From NCBI GenBank assembly GCA_011109175.1, contig RDEW01000073.1, forward strand, positions 107,604 to 171,603: DNA of 64,000 nt, in the 5' to 3' direction. Made by a program: the position numbers and the translations under genes. The notes beneath the pieces were generated by a model. It searched no databases. It saw only the letters and a list, made by a program, of their open reading frames with translations, and was not told the origin of the DNA. Origin of the DNA: Dicyema japonicum (lineage: Eukaryota > Animalia > Dicyemida). Positions 12,000 through 23,670 of the stretch are shown here, piece by piece; position 1 is the first letter of the stretch, and the number at the start of each line of letters is the position of its first letter.

Positions 12000-12370
12000 A
12001 AGTGGCATAGACTGGGAATTAGGACAGATGACTCTGTTGGAGGCTTCTTTGATTGTGGATAGCCTGTTCCACTTGTGTCGCCATTAATTGTGGATTTGAT
12101 TCACCTAGGATTTTCTAATACTACGTCGTGACTTCTTTGATGCATAAGAATCACCATGAGATCCATCTGTCTTAGGAGATGCCTATTCCCAAACCGGCAT
12201 TCAAAAATGATCACTTATCTACTCCACTAGAGGAGTTCCAAAAACTGCTGATATGGGTAGTTGAAAAGGATCCGTCTCAACAGAATATACCCTAATTGGA
12301 CGTCAATCAACGCTTAACCTTTTCTCGGTATATCCAGGGTAATTAAATTAATCCGGGGGTATTAAAATAG
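12000..12370 (+). mobile_element. Possible Vingi-like 3' remnant
   Basis: Ends in ttttctcggtatatccagggtaatt, resembling the family 3' UTR at 45130-45165. Confidence 0.35.
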
Positions 12371-12383
12371 CTTTATTTATTTC

Positions 12384-12500
12384 GGGTGGCTAAGAGGTCT
12401 GAGTTCCCCTAGTTCGAATTTCGGTTGAAGGTTCCACGCATCTGTGAAGCTTTAGCTTGACGAGTGAGTCATCAATGAATATTTCACTGCGGAACTCGAT
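12384..12500 (+). mobile_element. Diverged SINE copy D
   Basis: Shares gaaggttccacgcatct, ttgacgagtga and cactgcggaact with the other copies; B-box-like AGTTCGAAT. Confidence 0.6.
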
Positions 12501-13075
12501 CGTCTATAAAGGACATACATCCAACAAAAAAAAGTGAAGAGCATTCCTTAGCTCTCCCTCTACGAATAGTTATAATAACCGTGTACTGTCTGAATGGAGC
12601 TATAGCTACATGGCTCTGGTCTACCGGCCATCGATGTCTGTGAACAATAATGTCCCAAGTGAGGTGAATGGTAATGTTCTGAGCCAGGCTCCATTCTCGT
12701 TCGTCGATGCAGAAGCCAGAAGCGGCCAGACAATGCTGATCAAACACAGGTTTTATCTCTTCTATCTTTGAACATAAAAGCTTGTCGTATTATCGTTGTT
12801 TATTAGCGTTCTTCGGAAATCCAACACCCAGTCGTGTCCAGAAATCCCGAGCTACGCATGCCACTTGTTCAGCGTCCGATCCGTTAATATAGCGTAGGAT
12901 CTGAGGGCGAGTTATAGTAGTGAGCGTACTCCGATTCCTCCTTAGGGAAGCAGTATTTTGAGTTGAATCCAGCCACTTTTATAATAAGTAATGTTGAGTG
13001 TTCCTTCACGGCAGTCCTCAGCTTCTCGTCGATGGCTCATAGGAAGTTCATGTCAGTGAAACATGGGCTGTCCGT
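12500..13075 (-). mobile_element. Degraded CRE-like fragment
   Basis: LP.GGIGVRS and GAWLRTLPFTSLGTLL motifs. Confidence 0.6.
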
Positions 13076-13499
13076 CCGTAAAAAAAAAAGGCTTAAGGTG
13101 AAAATTCCTGAGGAAGAATAAAGACTTTTGGGAGTCCAGGGTTTTTAAATTTGATGTCCTCTACACAAGAAACGTTTATGATTTCATATTTATACGGGTT
13201 CGGTTCCAACCAAGTGCCGCAAGTGCAGAGATGACGGACTCGACTTCTGCCACCACAAATTCCCAATTAAATCCTACGGGCGCAGCATCCAGGTACTATA
13301 GGTTCAGCGGTGTTCGCATCGCTGATGCTGCACAGTCGATTTAATTTTTTTTAAATAATTAATTTCATATTTTTTAAATGAGTTTGGGGACCCTAGTGTG
13401 GTTGGAATCTTAAGCGATTGTCTGAAGACACAACGAGGTGGTAGGGTGGTTACATTTTATTTGTCCAAAGTGTATGATATTTTAAAGTCCAAGGGATTA

Positions 13500-14330
13500 A
13501 AAACCCGCTCGGTTCTGTCAATTGACGTCGCCTATTCTGGTATCGCAAGAAACCGAATTCCTCGTGACGGAGGAGGCGGAATTGATGGACTTCTTTCCTC
13601 TCACATATCAGGGATCTCATTGCGAGTCATTCAGCTGTACGAGTCTTGTCTTGAGAAATGTCATTGGTGATGTTCCCTCTGTCGGGCACTCGAGATCTGG
13701 AAATTGGCAAGGGGACCAGCTTGGACCACTCCTCTTTGTCAATCGATGATGTTACTCCCCGCTCAACGCATGATATCTGGATGACGCTATGATCGGAAGG
13801 TCACATGAATCTGTTTTGGATGACCTCTATGTTATTGTCCGTCTTTGAAGGGTCTTGGTTTGGCCCTTAATACCTCGAAGACTGAGATTATCCACATATG
13901 TAGTTGGCAGAGTTCTCAAAGATCAGTTTTCTGGAGCTAAAATCAGGGGTGTGGGTAAATCGTCTTTCCTAAGGGCTTGTTTTGATGACGAGAGTGTTTC
14001 CGCAAGGAATCTTTGTTGCACTTTCTATCTAAGTATTTCATCACCAAATTACATCATCGAACCTATTGGACTTGGAGATATGACGATCTTCCCGTTCTCC
14101 AAAGGAAGCTCTTTTGTATAGTGCATAACCTGTGTTGATGCCTTCTCGCCGAATGTGATTACCGCTATGAACATAGACGCGCCAAAATGATACCCCGAAG
14201 CACCGATGTATTCTCCAAGTGTATAGAAAGTGCATTGGGTCGCGGGAGGAACATCGAGAAAAGTTAATAAGACTACTAAGAGAAGCTGAAATCACCTAGT
14301 AAACATGGTTCCTCCCTACTTAGCGGTGAT
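13500..14330 (+). mobile_element. Degraded CRE-like RT fragment
   Basis: QGDQLGPLLF and YLDDA motifs. Confidence 0.6.
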
Positions 14331-14884
14331 TTTATTTATTTTTTTTTAATAAAATAAATTGGAGAAATTGAAATAAATAAATAAGAAAGATCAATACTTG
14401 GATAGGGATAACTTTTTCAAAGAGTAGTAATTGGAAAATGCTCTAAATATTTTAATTTAAGAAACCACATGACCGCTAGGAAAGGTGTCAAACCAACTAA
14501 TTAATTTCTCCAACTTCTAGTAACTTCCGTACTCTCATTGGGCGGTCCAGCGATACCACCGTTTTCCGAAAGTGTTTTCTGCTGAGGAACTGGATCGGAA
14601 CTCATCCACGTGGGTAACAATTTCCCCAAATAGCAGAAGTGGAAACATCATTTTGATAACGCAATTATTCCTCGTGTCTATCCCCGACATTAGTGACCCC
14701 GAAGCATCATTATTTCAAAAATACAGAATTCCGACGTCTCCCAATTCATTACGAAGGGGGACGCGGCTTATCGAGAAGATGCAGACATCAGGTGTACTTT
14801 AGCTGTGCCATGGTACCCCAGAGCAACGTCACCACCCGACCCATTAACCTTAGATACTACAACAAAGTAATAAAAAATATAAAA

Positions 14885-15305
14885 ATTATTGAGAAAATTC
14901 TAAAATTTGCTCATAAAAATCAATGACATGGTAGGGATAACGGAGATTGGCTTCCTCAGCCGAGAGAATGTCGGTCTCCTTGGAATTCTTCCTGAAATGT
15001 ACATAAGTGTTACCATCTCATAGTGAACGTTAGTTTACCATCAATCATATTAGCGTCCTCAATGTAGGAAGGTTCTTTCACGACACATTCTTTAGTTTTC
15101 TTACTCTTCTTGGTTACCTTAGCAACCTTGGATTCGTATTTTTTGATAAGGTAGTTACAATTCATATTATCAATTGGTTCCCATGTATTTTCAGAGCTAT
15201 CACTATTTATCAATGTTAACCTAGAAAACCCTTCCATTTGACTAAATAGTGCTTCTTTCCATTGAGAATGCTATCATCCAGTATTGACTCCACCTCGAAC
15301 TCCAT
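14885..15305 (-). CDS. HP1: Heterochromatin protein 1-like (chromo + chromoshadow), ~124 aa, 2 mini-introns
   Basis: MEFEVESIL...HYLVKWKGFSSSENTWEP after removing a 24-nt intron. A 22-nt intron joins ...LTFTMRW to KNSKETDILSAEEANLRYPYHVIDFYEQIL (chromoshadow). Confidence 0.9.
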
Positions 15306-15379
15306 TAAATTATTATTCAAATTTTTTTTATTATTAAATTTAATTTTTTAATTTTTTTTTTGTGTTCTGACCGGATGGC

Positions 15380-16070
15380 GAAGTGTAATAAGTTCCTGAC
15401 CAAATAATAATCCACTCTGAGGATCCCTTTGAATTACTAGTCCTAAAAATCAACCTCTCGTCGCTTCAAATGACAATTGTGACATCTCTTACCGTCATTT
15501 CCCTCTGTTATCGTCCTGATCTCATCCGCTTCATCCGACTGGAAAAATACTTCGAAACGACCTAAACGCAGTTCTGCGTTATCCTAATCAATAACTAGGT
15601 CAGCAGGAGTACTCATACCAGACAAAATTTTTTATGATTCAAGTAAACACACGTGGGTCCAGTGAAAACTCCATTAAGTTAATTCACACACCAAAAACCA
15701 TAATCAACTTCCAACGAGGATTCTAGCCCCTTCCACGTACTTATTGAACAACACCCCATATCCATCGTTTGTGGGCTGTCACGTGTTTTGGAAAACTGGT
15801 CCTTCAAAAGATCTGTTCGTTCTTCGTACTTAACCCTTTCCAACATGGTTTCCACACAAGATACTCAACCAAAACTCACTTGACCAAACTAAATATTCCT
15901 AACAACACGAAAGGACTGTTTTGGTCTCGATTGACAGACATTTGATTTCGTCCCCGGAAAATCATAACAACACAAATTTTCTTAACATCCATCCACCCTA
16001 TTCTCATACATGAAAACTTTTTCAGGGACCGCAGGAGCAAGTGATATTCATGTCCATGGGCAGCCTGTTA
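15380..16070 (-). mobile_element. Ty1/copia RT remnant
   Basis: FLGLVIQRDPQSGLLFGQELI and a DPRVF (DPCVF-like) motif; heavily decayed. Confidence 0.45.
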
Positions 16071-16236
16071 CATTTTTTCGACCTTGAAAAGGTTTTTGAT
16101 TATGACATTTAATTTTGTATATCCTATTTATATTGTGATTTAATCTGTTAAATTAGTTTTTTATTCATAAATGTTATGATTATAAAGATTTTATTTTTTA
16201 TAGCGGTAAACCTAGATTTCTAGCGTGATTTATAGC

Positions 16237-17455
16237 ATGGAAGATTATTTTGTTGCAATGGTTTCTTATAAGGGTTTTGTGAAAGATTGCGCTTTGCATG
16301 ATAAATTTCCCGAAAATCTTCCGAGGCACCGAAAACATAGGCTTGTAAAGAAGATAGAGAATTTTTCCATTATCAATGACAGGTATTGTAAATTTGCAAT
16401 AATTTTAGACTGTATCTTAAATCAACTGATTCCAAGTTAGTCATATCCTGGATAATGAATCCGAAATGGAGCATGTTGCGAAATCGTTGTACGAGTTTTC
16501 ACACGGAGGAGTCAATAAAATTGAGTATGAATGTCGACAAAGAAACTTCACTGTAAAAAATGAGATTATCAGAAAAGTCATTCGAAATTGTGAAGTCTGC
16601 AAATTTTCGCGTCCTTTAAAAGTTCGTGATTCTTTATAATTGTAGATTGTAGATATAAATCATCATGTGTTTGCTTCTTCTCCAAATGAACGTTTTCAGG
16701 AGATCTAATAGACCTGAAAAAATTTTCAACATTAAATGAAAATTTAAAATGGATTTTAACGGTCATTGACATATATAGTAGGCTGGTTTTTTTGTTAATT
16801 TATAGATTCGCTTTTTTGTACGCCCACTCAATAATAAGTCTGGTAAAGAAGTATGTGAAGACTTAAGATCTTTGTTCCGACTGAATGGGCCATGTAAATT
16901 TCTTCAGTCGGACAATGGTTCTGAATTTAGAAATCAAAAAATAACAAAATTTTATGAAGATTATAACATCAAGCAAATTCACAAAAGGCCTAACAATCCA
17001 CGAGCACAAGGAATTGTCGAAAGATTTAATCAGACGATCACGAGGAAGTTGTCAAAAATGCTGGATAAGTGAAAAAAGTGGCTTGATAAATTAGAAATGC
17101 TGTCTACAGTTACAACATATCGGTTCATTCATTTTCTAACGAAAGTCCTTTCGAAAGATATCGAGGAATTAAGGGAATAAATTCAATGATTCGTGGTTAT
17201 ACTTATATCACATTATGACTTAGATAATTTAAGTGATGAGTGTGCAATTCCAGAACAAATTGACGATTTGGTTAATTGTTCGACTCCAGAATCTATTGAA
17301 AATTCACGTAGTTTGATTTAAAAAAATTATATCTAGATAATTCCCAGTCAAATAATTTGTGTCCGAATGCTAAGAGATTCAATTTCGAAATTAAATCGTT
17401 TGAAGAAAATTAGAATTATTACAAAGCTATGAACAGGAAAATGAATGTTCATAAT
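16237..17455 (+). mobile_element. Stand-alone retroviral-type DDE integrase (Ginger2/KRBA2-like) with 3 mini-introns, decayed
   Basis: HGGVNK...CEVC zinc-binding region, NERFQ.DLIDL...KWILTVIDIYSRF, QSDNGSEF, PRAQGIVERFNQT. No protease, RT or LTR is adjacent. Confidence 0.78.
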
Positions 17456-17489
17456 AGTAAATATACTTTTAACATGGGTATGAATTAAA

Positions 17490-20400
17490 AACATTAATAA
17501 ATAGGTTCGGGCTAAAAAGGACTTTGGAACAAATCCCTCATTGCGACTGGATAAGTTTGAGTCTCAGTATTATCCAGTTGCAGAAATAATTAATATTTTA
17601 TCGAATAATCGCGTGGATGTAGTTGTTGTTGTCGTTGTTGTCTCGTTAATATATACAGTTCTCTCCTATTATCTATTCATGTCTGTTTTTTATGATGTAC
17701 TACACGAAGACACCTCATGCAAAGGGTGCAGAGTATCCAATTCTCGCAAGTGCGGGATTCGATGTTCTGTATGTGTTGGTTACTACCACATAGGTTGTGA
17801 AAAACTATCCAAGAAAATTGCTCGATCACTTCCCTCGTGGTCGTGCCGGTCGTGCCGTCTGGAACTCACTAAAATTGAACCTCATGATCATTTTGTGTCA
17901 TCATCATCTGTATCAGATCTTCTGGAAGCCATGTCTCCGGAGGATTTTCTGGTTTTATTATCAAACACGCGACAAAGGAAGATTATCCCTGTCAGGATCC
18001 CCAAGGCTTCCCGGATCTCAATTGCTTCTGCCCTTTCTTCTTGCATTGAGAAAGCTGTGTCCAATGGCTCGAAAAAGGATTGGATGGTTCTTTTCTCTTT
18101 CCCTGTCCTGGCTATGGGTTAGAGCGTAAGCCTGCCCATCTTCTCGGAAACCCTCTCTATCCCATGTCCTGAAGAAGCGCGTGAGTGCCTTTATGGATTC
18201 ATGGGAGTCCCTGGCTGAAGAATTATTTGTTTCCCAGTTGATTACTTCCCAAAGTCCGATTCCACGCAGTCCAGTATGGCTCCTGAGAGGCTTCGCTCTC
18301 GTGTCAGGAGGAAATTGATGGAGGCGATCTTACTGCTGCAGTTCGAACTGTTTGTACGGATTCTGACCCGGTGAAAGCCACTCAGGAGACACTCTGTATA
18401 TTGGGACAGAAACATCCTCCTGAACCAGAAGACTTTTGTAAACCTGTTCGTCCAGAACAATCTATGCATGATATTTCCACTTCAGCCATTTACAACGCTC
18501 TTTGTTCTTTCCGAAGAAGTAGCAGTGGAGGAGTTGACGGTCTCAAACCTGGCCATCTGTCAGACTTGGTGTCCCATTCTGTCGGCAGGCCTGGATCGCT
18601 ACTCTTGGAGCGAACCCGGGATCTCGTAGCTCGCATGCTTTCCGGAAACGTTTCCGATTTTGGTCGGAATCTCCTCTTTTCGGCGAATCTAACGGGCCTT
18701 GGAAAGAAAGATGGTGGTATTCGCCCCATTGCAATTGGAAACGTATTTCGACGTTTATCCGCAAAAATGGCTTGTCGTTTTGTTATCTCCCGAATTTCAG
18801 CCGAATTTTGTCCTTCGCAGCTTGGTGTCGGAATCAATGGCGGCTGTGAAGCTGGGATCCACGCAGTGAGAGAATTTGTCACAATCAGCTGAATTGAATG
18901 TTGAGGACAGAGTTTTATTCAAATTGGACCTCCGGAATGCCTTCAATTCAGTCAGAAGGGACACCGTCTTGATACCTGTAGGAGGAGGATTCCTCAGATT
19001 TATCCCTTTGTATATCTCGCGTATTCGGATCCATCCCCTCTTGTTTTTGGCAGTGAATTATTTCGTCCGGATCCGGAGTTCAACAGGGGGACCCACTCGG
19101 TCCTCTTCTATTTTCCTTGTCTATCGACCATATTGCCCAGGACCGTTGCACTCCACTGAACGTCTGGTATCTGGACGATTGTATTCTCGGTGGAAGTCCC
19201 GATGATATTCTCTCCAAAGTTGCGTCGATCAGAAGTTTGTGTGGAAAAATCGGTCTGGAATTTAACAATGAAAAGTGCGAAGCAATTAATCTGAATTTGA
19301 GTTCCGATTCATTCTACCTTTTTCATAGAAAACTCTGCGAAATCATCCCAGGGGTTAGGGAGACTCATATTGATTCTCTCGACTTCCTTGGGTGTGGGAT
19401 TTTGGTAAACCGGGTGAGGGAGTTATTGGAAGGCAAGAGGACTAATTTACGTCAATATGCCGACAGGATGAGTTTTTTGGATTGTCATGTCGCCTTTTTT
19501 ATGCTGAAGAATTGTCTCCTTCTCCCAAAACTCCTTTTTATTCTACGGGGATCCCCATGCTACGCCGAAAAAGACCTTCTATCGTTAATTGATATGGATA
19601 TCCGGTCAACGATGGGGTCCATTCTTAATGTTTGTTTTGATGATTTCGGATGGTTACAGGCCTCACTCCCTGTAGCCTGCGGTGGTTTGGGTCTTTCTCT
19701 TCCTTCGGACGTTGCTTTGGGCGCCTATTTATCTTCGTTCGGCTCGTCAAGGCGTTTAGTGGATACGGTCCTTCACTCTACTTCCGGACTAAACGTACCG
19801 CTGACGCCGTCGGGAGCCTGGGATGAATGGATGAATTTGTACCTGAATGCTCCGGCCAATTGTGATAAGCAAAAGTCCTATTTGTTTTGTGTCTTCGAAA
19901 AGAAGAAAGAGTCCCTTGAAAAGACGGAAGATGTAAGAAGGCTTGCCTGCCTCAAAACAGCCAGTTGTCACTCGACGGGGGCCTGGATGAACGCTTTTCC
20001 ATCTGCCGAAATTGGAAACCTGTTGGATGATGAGGCTGTGAGAATAGCTACCTCGCTTCGTCTTGGTCTTAAATTGTGTGCCGAAAGAAAATGCCGCTGT
20101 GGACGTTGGATCGATCCTTTTGGTTATCATCCCTTGTCATGCAAGATGAGTGCGGGTCGTTTCCCCAGGCACTCCTGTCTTAACATGACATTAAAGAATT
20201 CCCTTGCCTCTGCTGGACACCATTGCCTGTTAGAACCTGCTGGTCTTTCCCGAAACGATGGAAAACGCCCTGATGGGATGACGACTTTTCCATTCGCCAA
20301 CGGACGAAACCTGATCTGGGACGCGACGTGTGTTGATACTTATTCCCCGTCTAATTTGGTTGCTTCTGCTTCAGACCCAGGACATGCTTCAAAGCAGGCC

Positions 20401-20660
20401 GAGGAACGAAAGAGGAGGAAGTACCAGAGAATTTCGGAGGAGTATCTTTTTGTTCCATTCGCGGTGGAAACGTCAGGAATCCTTGGCCCCAAGCAGATGA
20501 GTTGGTTCGTAAGATCGGCTCCATGATTCAAGCTGTGACCAAGGATCCGCGAGAGACTGGTTGGTTCCGAGAACGTATCTCGTTGGCCATTGTTAGGGGA
20601 AATAGCATGGCCATTCAGATGCCTTAATTTAATTTTATTCATTTTATAATAAAATTTCTT
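17490..20660 (+). mobile_element. Near-full-length CRE-clade RLE non-LTR retrotransposon (PHD - RT - CCHC - RLE), several frameshifts
   Basis: PHD C4HC3 at ~17715-17860; GGIRPIAIG, KLDLRNAFNS, QQGDPLGPLLF, WYLDD, QASLP..GGLG, CRCG...HPLSC and GKRPDG...LIWDATCVDT; poly(A)-like end. Confidence 0.9.
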
Positions 20661-20989
20661 TTTATAAAAAAAAAAATTTATAAAATTAATTGAAGTTAAT
20701 CTTGGTTCAAGGTTAATGTAACAGGCCCATGTGACATATTAGACAACCAATTTAAGAGTCCCGCGAGGATCCCCTTTATCCCCAACATTGTTCAACCTTT
20801 AATCCAGATTGCTAGTAATCCCCTCCTCTTAGAAGAGTGTGCCATCAACTCCCTGTTATTCCCCATCTCCATATCTGAGTCAGTCGAATATCTCTTTAGA
20901 GTCCAGTGGGATGTCCTCACGGCATGTCAGTTCCACAAGTTGAAAGGTAGCATAGGTTACTCTCATCAGAAACCTTCATCACGTGTTTG

Positions 20990-22580
20990 TGTTCAATCTA
21001 CACACTTTCGAGAGTCCTTTCAATACAACTGACTGGATGCAAGTTCTCGTTGCTCTTTCAATTCATATAATTGTTAAAGCATTTCGTGACAACTCCATCC
21101 CAGGTCACAACCAGTGGGATAATCTTTACTTGACAATCGTAGAGAAGCGAACGCTCACTTGAGAGGAGGGTGTACTTGTGATATTTTTCTACTTCCACCT
21201 GTTTTAGGAGATGTAATTAGAATTATCCCATTCTTGATCTTGTCATATACGAAGATATCTGGTTTGTTGAACTACCTTCGTTTCACTTAGAATCGACTCG
21301 TCTCAACATTCTGTGTGGATAGAATCGACTGAACTGAATGTCCTTCAACTATGTAGCCTTTTTGATTCCATATACTCTAATAGATGAAGATGTAAGCATT
21401 TTACAGCTTAGTTGTGTCTTGGGACGTAATCACTAATATTCTACCACACTGAGTGGCCAAGTGATCAACGGTCCTCTTGTTTTTCTTGCAATGGCTACAC
21501 AATGTCCACGACGTAGAAAAAACAAATTCATGCCTTGCAAGAGGCAATGCATTGCTTCACTTTTTGGGCCGCTATTTCCATCTGATAACCATCCACTAGA
21601 AGTTTCTACATCAACATTAGATTCCTCCATGCATCTAAAGAGCACAGAATGTATTATTTTAGAATTAATTTTATCAAGCAAATATTGAGTCTGGGAGGTT
21701 TTGAGGGACTGAATGTCCATGTTGTCCTTGTCGGCAATTCCATATTTAGAGACAAAAATCCTGCGATTGTATCCAAATGCCATTTCGTTAATTTAATTAC
21801 TCGCAGAATCCTCGACCTCCACAAAAATATAGTCAATTGCCTTTCCAGATTTTTCAAGTATGGAATCCATAACTTTATCTTGAGACTAGTTCTTGAGGAA
21901 TGTCTCTCCCAAAATCCCATAGCGTTTTGGGTACCCCCACATAGATGAATAGCGCATATACGCGAAACGACATTTGGATTATTGAATCTGAGATAGTCCC
22001 AGTATAAACTAGACGTCCCGTATCAGAACTGGTTCATCCTTTCATAGAATGTCAACGGATTTGTATCCCCTCAGCATATAACTATTCGCCTTCTTAAGCT
22101 CAGTCTTGTTGACCACCAAGATATCGACTGGACATACAAATATCTTGCACAATACGCGGTCTAGCCACAATTTATGCAATTCATTCTGGAACCAAGTTTT
22201 TCCCTACAATCAGTTAGATCATGCTTCCCTGTAAAACTGAGGTATCTAGAGAGAGGATATATGTCCATAGAAGTTGTATTTTAAATATTTCATGGAAGTC
22301 TTCTTTCCCAGATCCTACAAAGTGTTCCAAAACTGAGGTGTTCCAGCCCGAGATCCGTTCCGAATCGAGGTCGGACTGTAGTGCGCATTTAATAGAGCCC
22401 ATGTTTGTCTTGATTGAGATCTGAGAGCTCAGTCCACTCGTTTTCAACATATTCCAGCAGCCTTTGTTCTCATTACCCCGTCGGTGCTCAGTCACATTCT
22501 TAAAAAAAACTTTGTCGCCTGCCCAGCGCTAGGTAAGACAGACACATTTTTGTTTCACTTTGGTTTTCTCTTTCTGGTTT
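20990..22580 (-). mobile_element. R4/Dong-like RLE non-LTR retrotransposon fragment
   Basis: RT thumb, a C-x2-C...DHLATQC zinc finger, RHN motif and a decayed PD-type endonuclease; clade assignment from motif recall. Confidence 0.6.
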
Positions 22581-22789
22581 TTCACGATTTGTTTCTAACA
22601 AGCATCGTTTTGACCATTAATAAAATTTTCCACAATTATGTCAAACTAATGGTTAAATCTTCTCCACGTGGATTTAAAGATCCATTTGAGTGGTTTCATA
22701 AGAATATATTTAATAAATTGTTTACACACGTGATAATTGCTTCTTTGAAGGTCATGTTTAAAAATATCTGGAATTTAAAATAGAAAGAT

Positions 22790-23400
22790 CGAACGACCAT
22801 GAAGTTGGTCAGTAATTCTGACATTGCTCAGTATTTATATCAGACAGCTGGAGAGGATATTCGACAAGCACGAGTACTTGTGCCCATACACACCACATAG
22901 AAAGGTACTAGTCTCAGTAATAATATGAGCCTGACTTTAATGAAAGAGGTTTTCGGTGACTTTGGAGTAAATGGGACAGTCTAAGCGTCAAGTCTCATAA
23001 TTCTACTGAAAAGGCAACCATTGTACCTTTTCTTATATTCTGCCCTTCAACTTCCCCCTGCACACCAGAACGTCTTTTTACTTGAGGGTAAAGCTGAATA
23101 TGCTTTAAATTTTATGAAGACACTGTAGATCTTTATTGAGACAGGCAAACAATATTAATCTCCAAAATGGTTTATCGATCCGTTCTAATAAATTGTCATC
23201 GTCGACCGAATTATTAAAAAATCAAGAATAGCTAATAATTCCTTGTTCCTTCCAATTTGAGTCGACGGGATTCGGACCCACTCATTAGCGTATATGATGC
23301 TTCCCTATTTCCAGAAATATCCAATTTTTTGAGTATATCATGAAGGTACATGAAAGTCTCAGAGATGAGGAAATTAAGAACTACAGCACCAGCTCAATCT
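22790..23400 (+). mobile_element. Highly degraded CRE-like RT fragment
   Basis: Weak resemblance to RPI/GAE/VD..N motifs only. Confidence 0.3.
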
Positions 23401-23670
23401 ATATGCACATTGAGTAGCTCTCTAACAATTTAACAATTTTTTGGATTAAATTATAAATTTTTGTGTCATTTATCAAATATTCTAAATGACTTCTTCAAAA
23501 GCTCTATTTTAGTGAGATTTCAAAACCTTATTTTAGTGAGACTCTTTACAATAAGAATCGACTAAATGGCCTCAACTGAAGGTCACAGAGATTTCTAATA
23601 ATGTTATAATAACCCAATTTACTCCGTTGGTTTATATATATAAAAACCTTGTCTTAATTTATTCGCTGTT

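Noticed and set aside
15010-16070. Chromovirus (LTR integrase-chromodomain fusion)
   Set aside because: The chromodomain has its own ATG, introns and a chromoshadow domain (HP1), and the neighbouring remnant is copia-like RT.
17490-17545. CRE targeting of spliced-leader or snRNA genes
   Set aside because: Flanks of the CRE copies share no sequence, and no SL/U-snRNA-like gene was recognised.
18490-20130. Antisense ORFs overlapping the CRE, ThrRS and K/E genes
   Set aside because: Shadow ORFs of real coding strands with no recognisable motifs.
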